A stretch of DNA of 63,656 nucleotides, counting the filler, from Nemertoderma westbladi (Eukaryota; Animalia; Xenacoelomorpha), in the NCBI GenBank assembly GCA_032718475.1. It is 4 parts of 4 records of this genome, joined end to end, with 100 filler letters (N's around TTAATTAATTAA, not from the genome) between each part and the next. Parts side by side here need not be neighbours in the genome. Positions count along the whole stretch, not along the records: positions 19,595 to 32,960 come from JAUCBJ010008290.1; positions 33,061 to 52,302 come from JAUCBJ010007085.1; 2 more parts are not named here. One strand, written 5' to 3'. Both the position numbers and the translations under genes were made by a program. Every line of letters begins with the position of its first letter. Position 1 is the first letter of the stretch. Shown here one piece after another: positions 22,236 to 34,939 of the stretch. Under the pieces are notes generated by a model, which worked only from the letters and a program-made list of their open reading frames with translations, made no database searches and was not told where the DNA came from.

Positions 22236-24375
22236 ACAATCTGATCAGGCTTACACGCCTTCTGTTCAATACTGGCCTACAAATAAATAAAACTTGACAG
22301 AAATAAGTAAAATCTCAATAAAAAATCAGGGCGGCCGTTCCCTGATTAAGTACTAAGACCTACCGGTAATACAACTATCAAAATCGAATAATACTGCTGT
22401 ACCTGTACTGCTGTAGGTACCGGTCCGAGTGGTTAGGTAGTCAGGCCTACTGGTACCGGTTCTGGCAGTTGGGCCTACTGACCTACAGATGTACCGGTTG
22501 ACCGGTACTTTCAACTTTATTGCTTACTGCAACAAAGAAGCTATATCCTTTAATGTTCGCGCTTTCAGACCTTTGGTAGTTTAACCCACCAAATTAAGAT
22601 GTCTTCTAGATATTAAATCAGTTTTTAGTCTATGACAAGTATTTGATTCACTACACTAGTCGAAACCAATCCGTGCGCGACCATTCACCCGTTGGAGATT
22701 CCCGGGAGATTGGGTTCGACGGTTTAATTTTATTGCTATGTAAGCCTAATGTATTATTCGACTGACAGTATTATATAATCTCTGACAATATTATTCACCT
22801 TCGGGAATATTAACAGTTCCTTTAGGACGTGGCGCTTTATCTATATAAACAGAGTTATGACTTAAACTACTCACAATGATATGGCTTAATTATAATTCAC
22901 ATATATCAGTATATGGCGCATTCTTTAGGAATTGCTTCTTTAACAGACTCACTCATACACAATGCTGCACAATACTGCACACTAATCTGCCAATCTTCAC
23001 TGATTTTAGTCACATATAAAAGGAACACAGACTGACTCATGTAGGGTCTATCAAATAACATTAGATTCACTTCAAACCACTTTAACATAAGTCACAATCG
23101 TTTATCTGTAACCCTTCTCTCTTACCTTCGGTATATCAAGAATATTGGGTTTCGGGGTTATTTATCGTTATTCCAAATATAATAATTCATCAACCATATT
23201 ATGAAGAACTGACGGTAAATAGCAGTATAAAACAACAATGAAAACACTGATTGTTATGAGTTTGCAATGTTTCAGCAGTCAGTATGTATGATCAGTTAGC
23301 AGTGATTCCATGAGTCAGGTAGTTAAAGGATATATGCCCTTTATAATTAAACCTACTAGTGTAAGACTAAAAAACAGAAAACACGGAGGTGCCAAAGCCG
23401 GTTCTTAGGCTCTGGTCAAAAACATAACACTGAACTACTGAGTTTCTGTATATACCTCCAACACAAAGACAACAAACGCTCTGATTGGTCAACCTGAACA
23501 ACGAGAGAACAGAGAAACAAAGAAACGTCGACGTGGCAATATCAGCTGCTAGCCGTCGTCATGGTAGCGACACTGTTTTCAAGAGTATCGAGCTTTTACG
23601 TCACGGAATTACGGATTATGTCCTCTAAAGTACAAATACAGAAGAAATAGCTCTTATGTCCGCTAAAACACCAGTACAGCAAGGACACGGCCTTTTTATG
23701 CCTGGTAAACCAACTACAGAGTACTTTACGGGAAAAATAAGGAAAAATAACCGGACAATTCAGTAAAAGCTTTTACAGTATAGATCGCCCTTCCTCCAGT
23801 ATTGCCTCTAACTAACGGCATTATAGTATAGTATATATGCTCACTTTTCAGGATTTATAGTAACTTTTTTTTAATGTTCCACTACTTTTTTTTTAATGTT
23901 CTAGAATATATTACTAAAACTAGTATTATATTCTAGATCTATTCTATATTCTAATATAAGCTAAGCTATTTATCTAAATAAAACCTTTTTCTAGAAAAAA
24001 TATTTTTTTACTCTTTTTAATAAAAATAGCTATTTTTCAAAATTTTAAATATCATTTTTTTCTTTACAAAGAGATGTTTTACATCAAACAGTTACGTTTT
24101 GGAAATGTGGTAGTATTTTACAAGGGTATTGTAATGGGCTAGTATTTTTGTACTAGCTAGTAGTTTTAAAAATCATATTTTCTTTTGTCTTATTTATGAA
24201 TTATTAAATTGTTACTTTTTAAATATGGAAAAACACACAATTTATTGCATCGCAATTTAACGCATAATAATAAATAATATTGTGTTTTTAAAAATGTTCC
24301 AGAAAAATAAATATTTGTTTTTAAATAAAAAATTTTGTGTAATGTGTTTGTAAATTATTGTTCTAGAACAATTCT

Positions 24376-26592
24376 GTGATATTTCTTATTGAAAAATATT
24401 GCGAAAATATGCCATCTCAAAGTGGAATTGGTGATCGTATCAAAGCTCTTAAACTGTTGCGATCCAGTGAAAACTTTGAATTTAACAGGAGTTGTGTTAT
24501 TTGCGGTGAGAAATGTTCCAACAAAGATCCAAAGAATACCGGACGATGGAGAAGAGTAGTTGAGTGTCAGACGGTCGAGGTGCAAGATGAAATCCTACGA
24601 ATATGTAAATTACGAGTGCTTCGAGTAGATGAACTTGCAGGAAAAGTCTAATTTCGCTTAGGTTCCGTTTGTGGTGATGTCATTACAAGTGGCGCGAAGT
24701 TTCAGAATGATTGCTATAAAGCCTTCACCCTTCACTGGTAAAAGGAACTCAATGGCGGCCTTGAGAAGAAAAAGAAGATATAGAAGAAAAAAAAGATGTT
24801 AGGCTGGAGAAACCGAGCGAGAAGCCCTTCATAAAAATGGTCGAGAAACTTGAAAAAGACCAAATTAAAATTTGGGATTCTAGTGAGATATTCGGCATAT
24901 ATACAGTATATCTTCGCTCCATTCATTTGGTACAGAAGAAGACAGCGTCACAGCTCTACAAGGCAGTCAACGCACAAATCTAATCAATAAAATTCAAGCT
25001 CATTTTGGTGATACGATTTTTGTACTGCATGCATAAGGCGTGCAAGTGTTCCTTGTTTTAAAACAAGGCTTCAATTTCCACTGAAAGCAGATCAACGTCC
25101 CTCAACCAATAATATTAACATTAATATTAACTCCTTAGTCCAAAAAATAACGTCTGAAATAAAGCAACTTGAAGATGAATCTCATCGCAAGTTCTACAAT
25201 AATTCAAATACATTATCATACAACAACATGATATCATCCACAAGCAGTTCATTACTCTCATTAATATATCACCATAAGTTTCGTATGGTAATATTTATAA
25301 AGAGTCAATTTGCATTTCACAATTAATCCCTTATTGCTAAAATATATAATCAAACTACACTAGGCTTGGCATTACAAGTTCACCATCATTTTGGTTCTAG
25401 AGAACTGATTGACCTGTTGCACTCAAGTGGATACATGACAAGCTATGACTAAGTATTACGTTTCCGCAAATCTGCGGCCGTGTTTGGCAGCAAAGGAGAC
25501 TACAATCGCAACAATAGATTCGTGGGCACAAAGGTGATAAATTCTTGGTGCGATAATTTCGATCTCCAAGTTTATACTCCTAATGGATGCAGAGAGTCAC
25601 ATACGATGGTCATTGAATTAGCCCAAATTAGTAAGGAAAATAATTTCATACCAGAAATGATTATACCTCGAATTTCAAAAACTGAATTAAATGCTTTCAA
25701 ACTCAACACTCCAGAGGTTCTTCTTTTTCGAGGAAAGATTAAGTCATTTCCGCCGAAATTGAATATGAATGTTGGAGTATCATACAACATCCTTAGAAAT
25801 ACTTACACTTCGGCTAGAAATGCATAATAATTACACATATAGAAGCAGTGATAAACATCAATAGGCAATTTTTTAATCTGCAGTTTCAATTATTAAATAT
25901 TACTATTGACATTTATGTATTTATTATTATGTTATTATATAATTATATTAAATAAAGATAAAAAACATAATCAAACAGAACAAAACAAAATGGCAAAAAA
26001 GCATTTACAACAGGTCAAAACTATGTTCACAAATCTCTCGTTGTGACGTATTATATTCATGTTTCTATATAAACTGCTAGACCACATCTCAGATACTCCA
26101 TATTCATATGGGTTGACCAAATGGGTTGTTCATAATTGAAAAGTATATGCCATATTTTCTACAAACCAGTTATCATGACCCGTTGCTATGGTGACAAGGA
26201 TTTTGTAATGCTGACCATTCTCGATCTAGTTAGCTATACTCCTGTATTTGGAGTAGAGGAGGTCCAGTCATTCTTGCAATATTATCCTCAAGCCCGTTGC
26301 TATAGTAACAAGGATTGTAATTTACAACTGTAAACTATGTTGGACATGCAGAGATTCTGGCAGTGCAAACACATATACCGACCACTATGACTATGTACGT
26401 AAAAATATTGCTGAAATAGAGTTTAAAATGCAATGTTAACTCTCAATTAATAATTTGCATAAAAAAAATTGCTCAAGGTCTCAGAAGTTTTTATGGCCTG
26501 TTTTGTGTTACTCCGCCCCCATACTATAATTTAAGCCAAAAAAATTGCGTCCGTACCCTACTTTATGGTTCGACCCCATTTCTCCTGGACTA
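24376..26592 (+). mobile_element. Academ-like DNA transposon relic (transposase fragments plus right terminus)
   Basis: CVICGE...EILRICKLR; LGLALQVHHHFGSRELIDLLHSSG..SYD.VLRFRKSAA; WCDNFDLQVYTPNG..SH. The putative terminus reads TAGTCCAGG inward from 26592. Superfamily call is from remembered motifs. Confidence 0.5.
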
Positions 26593-27006
26593 TAATGGTT
26601 GGTACCGGTAGAGAATATTAAGATTATTATTAATTATCTTTAGAACACATAATTAACTTAATTTATAAAATACTGATTATTGATTACCAATGAAACTGAA
26701 AACCTTTTTAATTTTATATATTCTCTCTATTATTCTACTGCGCGCCCTCACCCACACTCTATCTGTACCCGCCGCAGTCACTTCAGTAGTCTCCTGGAGT
26801 GGTCTGACAGTACCGGTACTGCAGTACAGCAGTATGCATAATCGCAAGCGGTAGTGATAATAATACAGGAATAAGTAGGTCAGTGGCCCAGTACAGCCAG
26901 ACAGCAGTAGGCCTAAAGTGCTAAAGACAACGGCTGACTGGTAGACAAGGAGACTAAAATATAATTAATATTCTCAAAACTATAATAAACAACTTGCGAT
27001 AGCGAA

Positions 27007-28590
27007 ATGACGTATCCCAATAATAGGTCCAATTTAAAAATTGAAAACGATATGGCAGCACTTTTTAAAATGGAGACACAAAGTTTATCGGGAGTTCCTT
27101 TGGCGAGATGGCAGCGCAAAGCGATGGATCAATCTACGTCATCTATAGGAGGGAATTCATTCGCCCAACAATCCTACAACGAGAGTTTCAGCCTTGATCG
27201 CTCCCATGGCAGTCGTCCGTTAAGTCGCACCGATAAAACCCCAGGGCGATCCAAATCTACGGGAAGTTGTAAAACCCCGTCCCGAAATAAAACGCCGCTG
27301 AAGAACGAAGGTGATCGATTCATCCCTAATCGATCCGCGATTAACTTCGAAGTAGCTAACTATTTGTTGGACCCGAATCAACGTGTTGAGTCTCTCGAGA
27401 ATGTTGATCCTTCTAAAGCGGAATACCAACAGCTAATGTCACAGAATCTAAACGGGAATTTATTAAACGATAAAATTTTGAAGTCTAAGAAAGACCCGGT
27501 AGTAGCGCCAGACGGGGCCACTAAGAATGTCCTGTTCTCGTCGCAACAGACGCCGGCCTCCATTCGGAAACCCACCCGACACATCCCGCACGAATCCGAC
27601 CGGATTCTTGACGCCCCGGAGTTTATGGACGATTACTACCTCAATCTGTTGGATTGGTCGTCCGCTAATGTTATAGCCGTTGCGTTGGGCGCCAACCTGT
27701 TCCTATGGGACGCCACTAGCGGCGAGACTCGGCAGTTCACCAACGTCGACGCGGATTACATATCGTCCGTCGCGTGGGTTACCGACGGGGGGAGCTACCT
27801 CGCGTTGGGGACCAGCGACGGGGACATCCAGCTGTGGGACACGGGGACCTCCACAAAGCTGCGCACGATGCGCGGCCACGCGGCGCGCGTCGGTGCCATG
27901 AGTTGGCGCGCGCATCTGTTATCTAGCGGCGCGCGGGATGGATCGATCAGACACGACGACGTGCGAGTCGCGAGTCACGCAGTGGCGGCTGGTCGCGGAC
28001 ACACACAGGAGGTCTGCGGGCTGCGATGGTCCCCAGACCAGCGGCATCTAGCCAGCGGCTCTAACGACAACCAGGTCAACGTGTGGAGTTCCTCGGAGCT
28101 GGTCAACCCGACGCACGAGTTCCGGCAACACAACGCAGCCGTTAAGGCGGTCGCTTGGTGTCCGTGGCAACCGTCGGTGCTGGCGACCGGAGGCGGGGCA
28201 ACAGATAGGTGTATAAAGTTTTGGAACGTAAACAACGGGGTTTGTCTCAACTCGGTGGACACGGGGTCCCAAGTGTGCGCGCTGCTCTGGAACTCGCATT
28301 ACAAGGAGTTGGTCTCGTCGCACGGCTACGATCGCTTCCAGTTGACGCTGTGGCGATACCCCGGTATGACTCCGGTTACTCAGCTGCGGGGGCACACTGC
28401 CCGGGTGCTGCACCTGGCGGGGTCCCCGGACGGGCAGACGGTCCTGTCCGGAGCCGCGGACGAAACGCTGCGTTTATGGAAGTGTTTCACGGTGGATCCC
28501 GCCGAGGCCAAGAAGAAAGCGGGGAAGAAGAGTTGCGTGCAGAGAGGCAGTCTGTTGGCGATGGGAGCCTCGGGGAATCTAATGAGATAG
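27007..28590 (+). CDS. CDC20: Cell division cycle protein 20 (fizzy), APC/C activator, single coding exon
   Basis: N-terminal RWQRK, C-box DRFIPNR, KILK (KILR-like) motif, RILDAPEFMDDYYLNLLDWS, WD40 propeller, AVKAVAWCPWQ, ADETLRLW, C-terminal MR. Confidence 0.95.
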   Translation: MTYPNNRSNLKIENDMAALFKMETQSLSGVPLARWQRKAMDQSTSSIGGNSFAQQSYNESFSLDRSHGSRPLSRTDKTPGRSKSTGSCKTPSRNKTPLKNEGDRFIPNRSAINFEVANYLLDPNQRVESLENVDPSKAEYQQLMSQNLNGNLLNDKILKSKKDPVVAPDGATKNVLFSSQQTPASIRKPTRHIPHESDRILDAPEFMDDYYLNLLDWSSANVIAVALGANLFLWDATSGETRQFTNVDADYISSVAWVTDGGSYLALGTSDGDIQLWDTGTSTKLRTMRGHAARVGAMSWRAHLLSSGARDGSIRHDDVRVASHAVAAGRGHTQEVCGLRWSPDQRHLASGSNDNQVNVWSSSELVNPTHEFRQHNAAVKAVAWCPWQPSVLATGGGATDRCIKFWNVNNGVCLNSVDTGSQVCALLWNSHYKELVSSHGYDRFQLTLWRYPGMTPVTQLRGHTARVLHLAGSPDGQTVLSGAADETLRLWKCFTVDPAEAKKKAGKKSCVQRGSLLAMGASGNLMR

Positions 28591-28940
28591 AGTTGGGGGG
28601 CGTCAGGGGTCCACGATTATGTACAACATTTATTATTGTCCGCTCTGTTTGGGTCCCCCAGTAATTTAGTAAACAGACAGAATTTCTCGTCTTAGAGTTT
28701 TACAGCCTTGTTTTAAGGGCGTTGCGTTCAGCTCAGCCTTATGTTTGTGACTTTAATATTGATTCCTAAAATTATGTTTTTACTGAAATTATTTTGTAAA
28801 CAAAATGTTTTAAAAGGTTATTGCTTTTGATCCGGTTGTTGTGCCTATCTATAGACCTATAGTGTTCTTAAGACAAACTGTTTAGAACAAATTTGTTTCT
28901 GTATTATTCTGTTATATTATTTGGCTTTCAGTATTATAAA

Positions 28941-29010
28941 TATGCAATATTATATGCAATATTATATGCAATATTATATGCAATATTATATGCGATATTT
29001 TATGCAATAT
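28941..29010. repeat. 12-bp tandem repeat (TATGCAATATTA)n
   Basis: About 6 copies. Confidence 0.85.
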
Positions 29011-29169
29011 TTTCGTATTTGTATACTATACTCCTTACAATTAGCGGGCCATTAATTATTATTTGTATATCACTCTATAAATCCCCTTCTACATCTACTT
29101 TTAAATTTCCCATAGAGAAAAAATTTATTTTTTGAGTGAAGCAAAATAATAAAAATGTTATATTTAACT

Positions 29170-29425
29170 CGACTGTGGCGGCGGGCGGCGGGATACGATT
29201 ACCCAACTGTGGCGGCGGCGGGATACGATTACCCGACTGTGGCGGCGGCGGGATACGATTACCCGACTGTGGCGGCGGCGGCGGGATAAGATTACCCGAC
29301 TGCGGTGGCGGCGGCGGGATACGATTACCCGACTGTGGCGGCGGCGGCGGGATACGATTTCCCGACTGCGGCGGCGGCGGCGGCGGGATACGATTACCCG
29401 ACTGTGGCGGCGGCGGCGGCTGTTA
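29170..29425. repeat. GC-rich minisatellite GGGATACGATTACCCGACTGT(GGC)n
   Basis: 7 full units that differ mainly in the number of GGC triplets. Confidence 0.95.
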
Positions 29426-30191
29426 GCGTCTTCGTATATCTTATTTAACAAAACATTTTTTATATTACACAGAAATGGGGGGGGGGGGGGGGGTGTGAAG
29501 TGAACACACAGATATGATTAATCACAACAATGATAGTGATGAAACAAATCACATTTGTATCATTCGTATCCTTTCCAGACCACAGGTGTATCGTATCCCC
29601 TTTAGTTATCAATATTATTAACAAAACTCTGAATTATTTTTATACATTTGTTCTGTTGTTGCCGTTGCCGTTATTTACTATTAGTTAATATTGCACATTG
29701 TTTGTACCAATATCGCAGTCATTCTCTCCCCTCCCTGTATCCGCTATGTTCATGTTCAGCTATTATTATTTATATTATTATTATATTTGAACACTCCGAC
29801 ATAATAATATCTTATATCGCAGAATTACATTAACTCTGTTTTTTACTCATTGTAAAGTTTATTAAATCATAATAAAATACATTACAGATATTAAAATTAT
29901 TTTTACTATCAGAACTGCAGGTCAATATCCATTGTTACTCTAACATCTAACTACGGAAATCAAAATGGTTAACGACTTCATGAACAGTTCCCAGAATAGT
30001 TTTATTAGTTTCCCATAGTTGCACTCATTGTAGAAACCACCTGCTTGTTCAAAATGAACACATTGTCTTCCGTCAACCAGCTGTCTAGGTAGACACAGAT
30101 TCATAGGTTCACTAAATCCGAGCAACAGTGGAGCCAACAGCAGCTTTATTATATTCCTTGCTGTGCTTCTTACATGAGGACACCACATCCC

Positions 30192-30370
30192 AGATAGGGG
30201 GGGAAACTAGACGCAATAACAGCTGAATACTCTCAAAAATAAAACTGTAACCTGTTCTGTTGTGTTTAGTTTATTGTTTTGGTTAAAATAACGTGCCACC
30301 TTTCCTAAATTCGCACCTGATCCTTTCATAAATTGAGAATTTAGCATTGAGGCGAGAAATTAAGTCTGTT
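30192..30370 (+). mobile_element. Repeat family A copy
   Basis: Similar to 2350-2605. Confidence 0.7.
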
Positions 30371-31068
30371 CCCGTCCAGTTCCCCCCCCCCCCCCCCCCC
30401 CCCCCAGTCTCCCACATCCTTCCATGTATGGTTCTTAAACCAAGGGGTACTCTTTGCTGGATATTCCACTGGTCATGTGAACATCAAAAAAACTTGGCGA
30501 GTTTGTATTGCTGGCCGAGTGATTCTGGACAATGTTGTTTCTGTGTGTGCCGGTGTGACAGGCGAAAATGCCCCTCTCATATTGCCCGGGGGGGGGGCAA
30601 AATCCGCTAGCAGATTCCCCCCCCCCTAGGAGTAGGGTTTTTTGTATTTATTAAATAATTTACAACAAGTTAGGATTTATTCATAATTAGTAAATATAAA
30701 TAAACTGCAATAATAATAGTTAACATGTAACAAATAAGCAACACGTTAGGTGTGTTCCTTCTGTCCTTCATAACATGACGTAATTTTGAGTCACATTCCC
30801 AAACCGTTCACTTACACGATTATTGGACGACTATAAATAATTATTATAAGTAAATATTACATTATACACAACTTAATTACGTGATTATTATAATATACGA
30901 ATATCGCTTCAATAAATCCATGTGTAACATTGTATTTATGTGACGATCATAATTACAGATTTAATATTTTTTATAGTGTAGTTTTTCAAAGCATAGAAGG
31001 TTTTGAATAGTTTCTACCCTAAATTAAGTAAAGTATTAAACACAAGAGGCCATTAACTTCTACTATGT

Positions 31069-32801
31069 GGATAGGACGAATTTGTCCTACACCTAAAAAC
31101 TATGACAACACTGAGCCACAGTAAAAAAAAACAGTAAACCACCAAAAATGCCACAAACAATGTGAATTACATAGTAGACCTGCGCTGCATATCGGTTTCC
31201 TAAAATTAATTCTGCCAAATGTTAACTGCGCATATCGCCGCCACGTCGCAGGAAAACTGTCAAACGACTGGGGATAACACTCAAAAGTCCGGGCAACACC
31301 CAAATCATTTACCGTTAATTCTACAATTTTGTTCACCCGTATTGCACCCGTAGGCCTACACAGTGTTGTACTGCATATTAGTTTTGCTCTTTTTTGCTGT
31401 AGTGTCTGCGAAGTGAATAGTTTTCGAACTTAACATTAAAGTCAAGTAACAACCTTCGAGGGAATTAATTATAAGCAATGCAATGTTTGAAAATGAAATA
31501 GTGATACCCGTACAACCATATGCTAAGCTCGCAAACTATTCACTATTGACTCTGGACACCTCAGCACTAAAGTGCAGATCTACAAGTATCAACACCCCAT
31601 TTATTAACATATATTTATACATTATACAGTTACATTTGAAGTGTTATGGGGCGTCCTCCAGGGAGACACACTTGCACCATTCTTGTTCATAATTGTAGTT
31701 GACTATGTTCTACGCATGTCCTTAGATCATCATAATGATGATGGGGTGATGATAACTCCACCTACTGGCTCCAGAAGTCGAGGAAATCCTGCTAAGTACC
31801 TATCTGATCTAGACTTTGCTGATGACGTAGGAGTACTCTCAGAATCACTAGAGGGAGCCCAACGGCTCCTCAGCTCATTAGAACATGCTGCTTCTAGTGT
31901 TGGTCTTTGTATTAACTCCAGAAAGACCAAAATTTTGACAGTTAACTTTGAAAGTCCTCAACAAGTCTCTGATCGGATGAGCATAAGATCAAAAGATGGT
32001 ATGCTTGAGCATGTGGATGACTTATGTTACCTGGGATCATGGATCCGGAAGTCAGGTGAGGACCTTCGAATACGTAAGGGAAAGGCATGGGCAGCCTTGA
32101 ATAGGCTTTCCAGGATTTGGAAGTCACCGAGAGTTAATCATCGGAAACTTAAGGTCCGATTATTTAGAGCAGCAGTAGTTCCAGTACTCCTCTATGGGAG
32201 TCCATGCTGGGCTCTAACTGCTGAGGACACCAAATCTCTGGATGGCACATTCATAAGAATGCTACGCCGGGTTCATTGTGTCAAGTACAATGCACACATC
32301 TCCAACCAGACACTATATAACATTGGAGGTGTCTCATTGGTTCCCCCAAGCTTGACAGTAGAACAAAATCGCCTCCGATTTGCAGGACATTGCTTTCGCC
32401 GTGAGGACCAGCCAGTGCATAATCTTGTACTTTGGCAGCCTCATGGAGTGAATAAGCATGGTGGACAGCCCATGACTTTCTTGAGACGCATCTTAAAGGC
32501 AACTGGCCTTGAAGATGCGGATGATCTAGCAAATGTTATGGGTGATAGGGAGTTGTGGCGGTGCAATTTTGTCGATAAGCCGGCATAGCATTCTTAAAAA
32601 TGCAGCTGCAATGCAGCATGCCGATCCTAGTAGTAGTTCTGACGATATGCGCAGTATACTGTAAACTTGGCAGACTTACTTTAAGGACTGCGATCTACTA
32701 TTCACATTGTTTGTGGCAATTTTTACAGTGGTCTACTATTTTTTTACTGCGGTTGAGTGTTGTCACCGTTTTTGAGTGTTGTCAAAAATTAGACCTATCC
32801 C
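31069..32801. mobile_element. MULE-like non-autonomous element with long imperfect TIRs, interrupted by an RTE
   Basis: Inverted arms of about 170 bp (31069-31240 and 32641-32801) starting (G)GGATAGG. Flanks TACTATGT / TACTAATGT resemble a degenerate 9-bp TSD. Confidence 0.6.
31632..32637 (+). mobile_element. RTE family 1 LINE, 5'-truncated (RT domain)
   Basis: GVLQGDTLAPFLF, LDFADD, YLGSW and a (TAG)n tail. Confidence 0.92.
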
Positions 32802-32960
32802 TACTAATGTACTGTACATTTTTCTCGCATTGACTAAAATTACATTATCTAAACGAATAACAATATTTCTCCATTTATTGGCTTCATGTCACACCAATTA
32901 TGATTATATCAATATAATCTAACCCAAGGCAGAGCTGGATAAGCTGTACTGTATATTATT

Positions 32961-33060
32961 NNNNNNNNNNNNNNNNNNNNNNNNNNNNNNNNNNNNNNNN
33001 NNNNTTAATTAATTAANNNNNNNNNNNNNNNNNNNNNNNNNNNNNNNNNNNNNNNNNNNN
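32961..33060. other. Assembly gap with artificial linker
   Basis: 44 N + TTAATTAATTAA + 44 N. Confidence 0.98.
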
Positions 33061-34939
33061 TCACAAAAGCAACTTTATATCTTTGCTTTTGTAAATAAAG
33101 CTAAAATATATATCAGTATTTGTATAAAAAATGCAAAATAATAAATTAAATAAATTTTAATTATGAAATATAACAATATATTTATGGTATATAGCTATAG
33201 CTGTTTATACTATTAATATAATTACATAATATAATTCATATTATTATTATTTAGTATAATATATTAAAGATTCAATACTAAATTGTGAATTTAACTTGGT
33301 CAATTAATAAAATAATTTCTGCACATGGCAGTATAGTACCACAAACTTGATGATAAATGGGCATACATTTAAACCAATACGACGTCACAAATGTTAACAC
33401 AGTAACTGTATATCGGCACAGGTTATATAAAGTCAATCTATAGACAATAACAAAATTAAAAAGCATTAAATAACGCGGTAGTTTGGTATCCCTACCCGGA
33501 TGCGGTTTGGATGAAACGAAGACATGAAAGTTAAAAACTCAACGAACCAAAGCGTGTCTGGTCGACTGATGGACACCGAACCACTCGCGAATTTAAACTG
33601 GGGATCCCAACTCGCTCCGGAACGCAACCCATACTGCGATAATAACTCATCGCTTGCTGTTGCACTGAATTGCTCTACTGCAGTTGACCCACGGAAGTTT
33701 TGCACTTTGTATTTCAGTATTTCGTGCCGCTGATTCTAGAGCCTAAGATTTCATCCGGTAACCGTTGCAAGTACCATAAACCACGCGCTGTAATCGTACC
33801 GATACCACAAAGTCTCTTTAGTTTCACCTGCATGTTTGCTTTTAGCGAAGTCCTGCTTACGAGGCCAAGGGCCGGAAGTCGCGATGATAGAGTTCCGGTA
33901 CGAGCCTCTCTCGACCTTCGCCGTCCAGAAATATGTGAGAACATTATCGCAAACGTACTGGCACCCAGTCAGCCAGTGCCAATTTTTGTCGTCAACGTTT
34001 AAGACTCAGCAGTCATCTCTACACAGAAGGAGATGAATCGTTAGGATAAGCTGCAAGTGATCCTCACCTCATAGGGATCCTCGGATATAAGGATTACAAC
34101 GTCTGAACTCGAAGTTTAGAACTGCAGTATAATGCAGGCAGATTGTATAAAATAAGCAGTAGGTAGGTAGGTGGAACTTAGAACAGAGGGAAGTCAGACT
34201 CCTGAGTTTACTAAAATCCCAAGGTTATTAGCCGCTTGCGTGACTGCCGGTTTTGTCCGAGTTCGCTCGACCTAGTAGTAGTAGTACGGTCACTGTGGAA
34301 TGGTTACTGAAAGAACAGTTGACATGAGTAAACAGTAATGCCTAGTTCAATAGGGGCCTAGTTCAATCACAGTACTGCAGTATTAGACTCACTAAAAATT
34401 AAAAAATATTCAATGAAATACTGAAATAGGCCTAATTATACAACAACTATCAGACCGTACTGCCGTACAGTCGTACCGAACCTGATAACCTGCAGACAAG
34501 CCTAGAATACAAGTACAAGGTATAGTATGTAGGTACGGCAGTAAGGCCTGTGGAAGTATGGGCGGCGGTCTGGCGGTAGCCTACTGCAGCAGGCATTCCA
34601 GTTGTACCGCAGACAGGTAATACAGTAATAGGAAATCAAACACTAACTGCTGATGAACTGCTAGGCCTAGCAGAAGAACAGTGCCAGTACACATAAGGCT
34701 GCAAAGTCAATGCTAGCAGCAGCATTCAAAGAATGATACCACACAGCCAGCTGTGAGTTCATTATCCTTGCCTCACACTAAGAGTGTTGCTGCTGCTAGG
34801 ATACAAATTATCTGTTATTGGCTAGAGCTGTACCATTGGTTGGCTTTCATGTTATGATATTCCATGTATTCAAATGGATTGATGGAGGGAATTTCAAAAT
34901 AGTCAAATAATACAACAATAATGAAATTTTTAATATGAT

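Noticed and set aside
20350-23500. 5' LTR and PBS of BEL relic 1
   Set aside because: I could not identify a paired LTR or a convincing tRNA-complementary PBS by eye.
27680-28664. Overlapping alternative-frame ORFs in CDC20 (likewise within DHX16)
   Set aside because: These are expected by-products of GC-rich coding sequence with few off-frame stops.
29136-29451. Gly-rich and Arg-rich (protamine-like) ORFs, or a CRISPR array
   Set aside because: Both ORFs are translations of a triplet-phased minisatellite, and the spacers are only GGC runs.
34650-34680. Hammerhead ribozyme (CTGATGA followed by a hairpin)
   Set aside because: There is no GAAA after stem II and no stem I/III pairing. It is just the palindrome CTGCTAGGCCTAGCAG.
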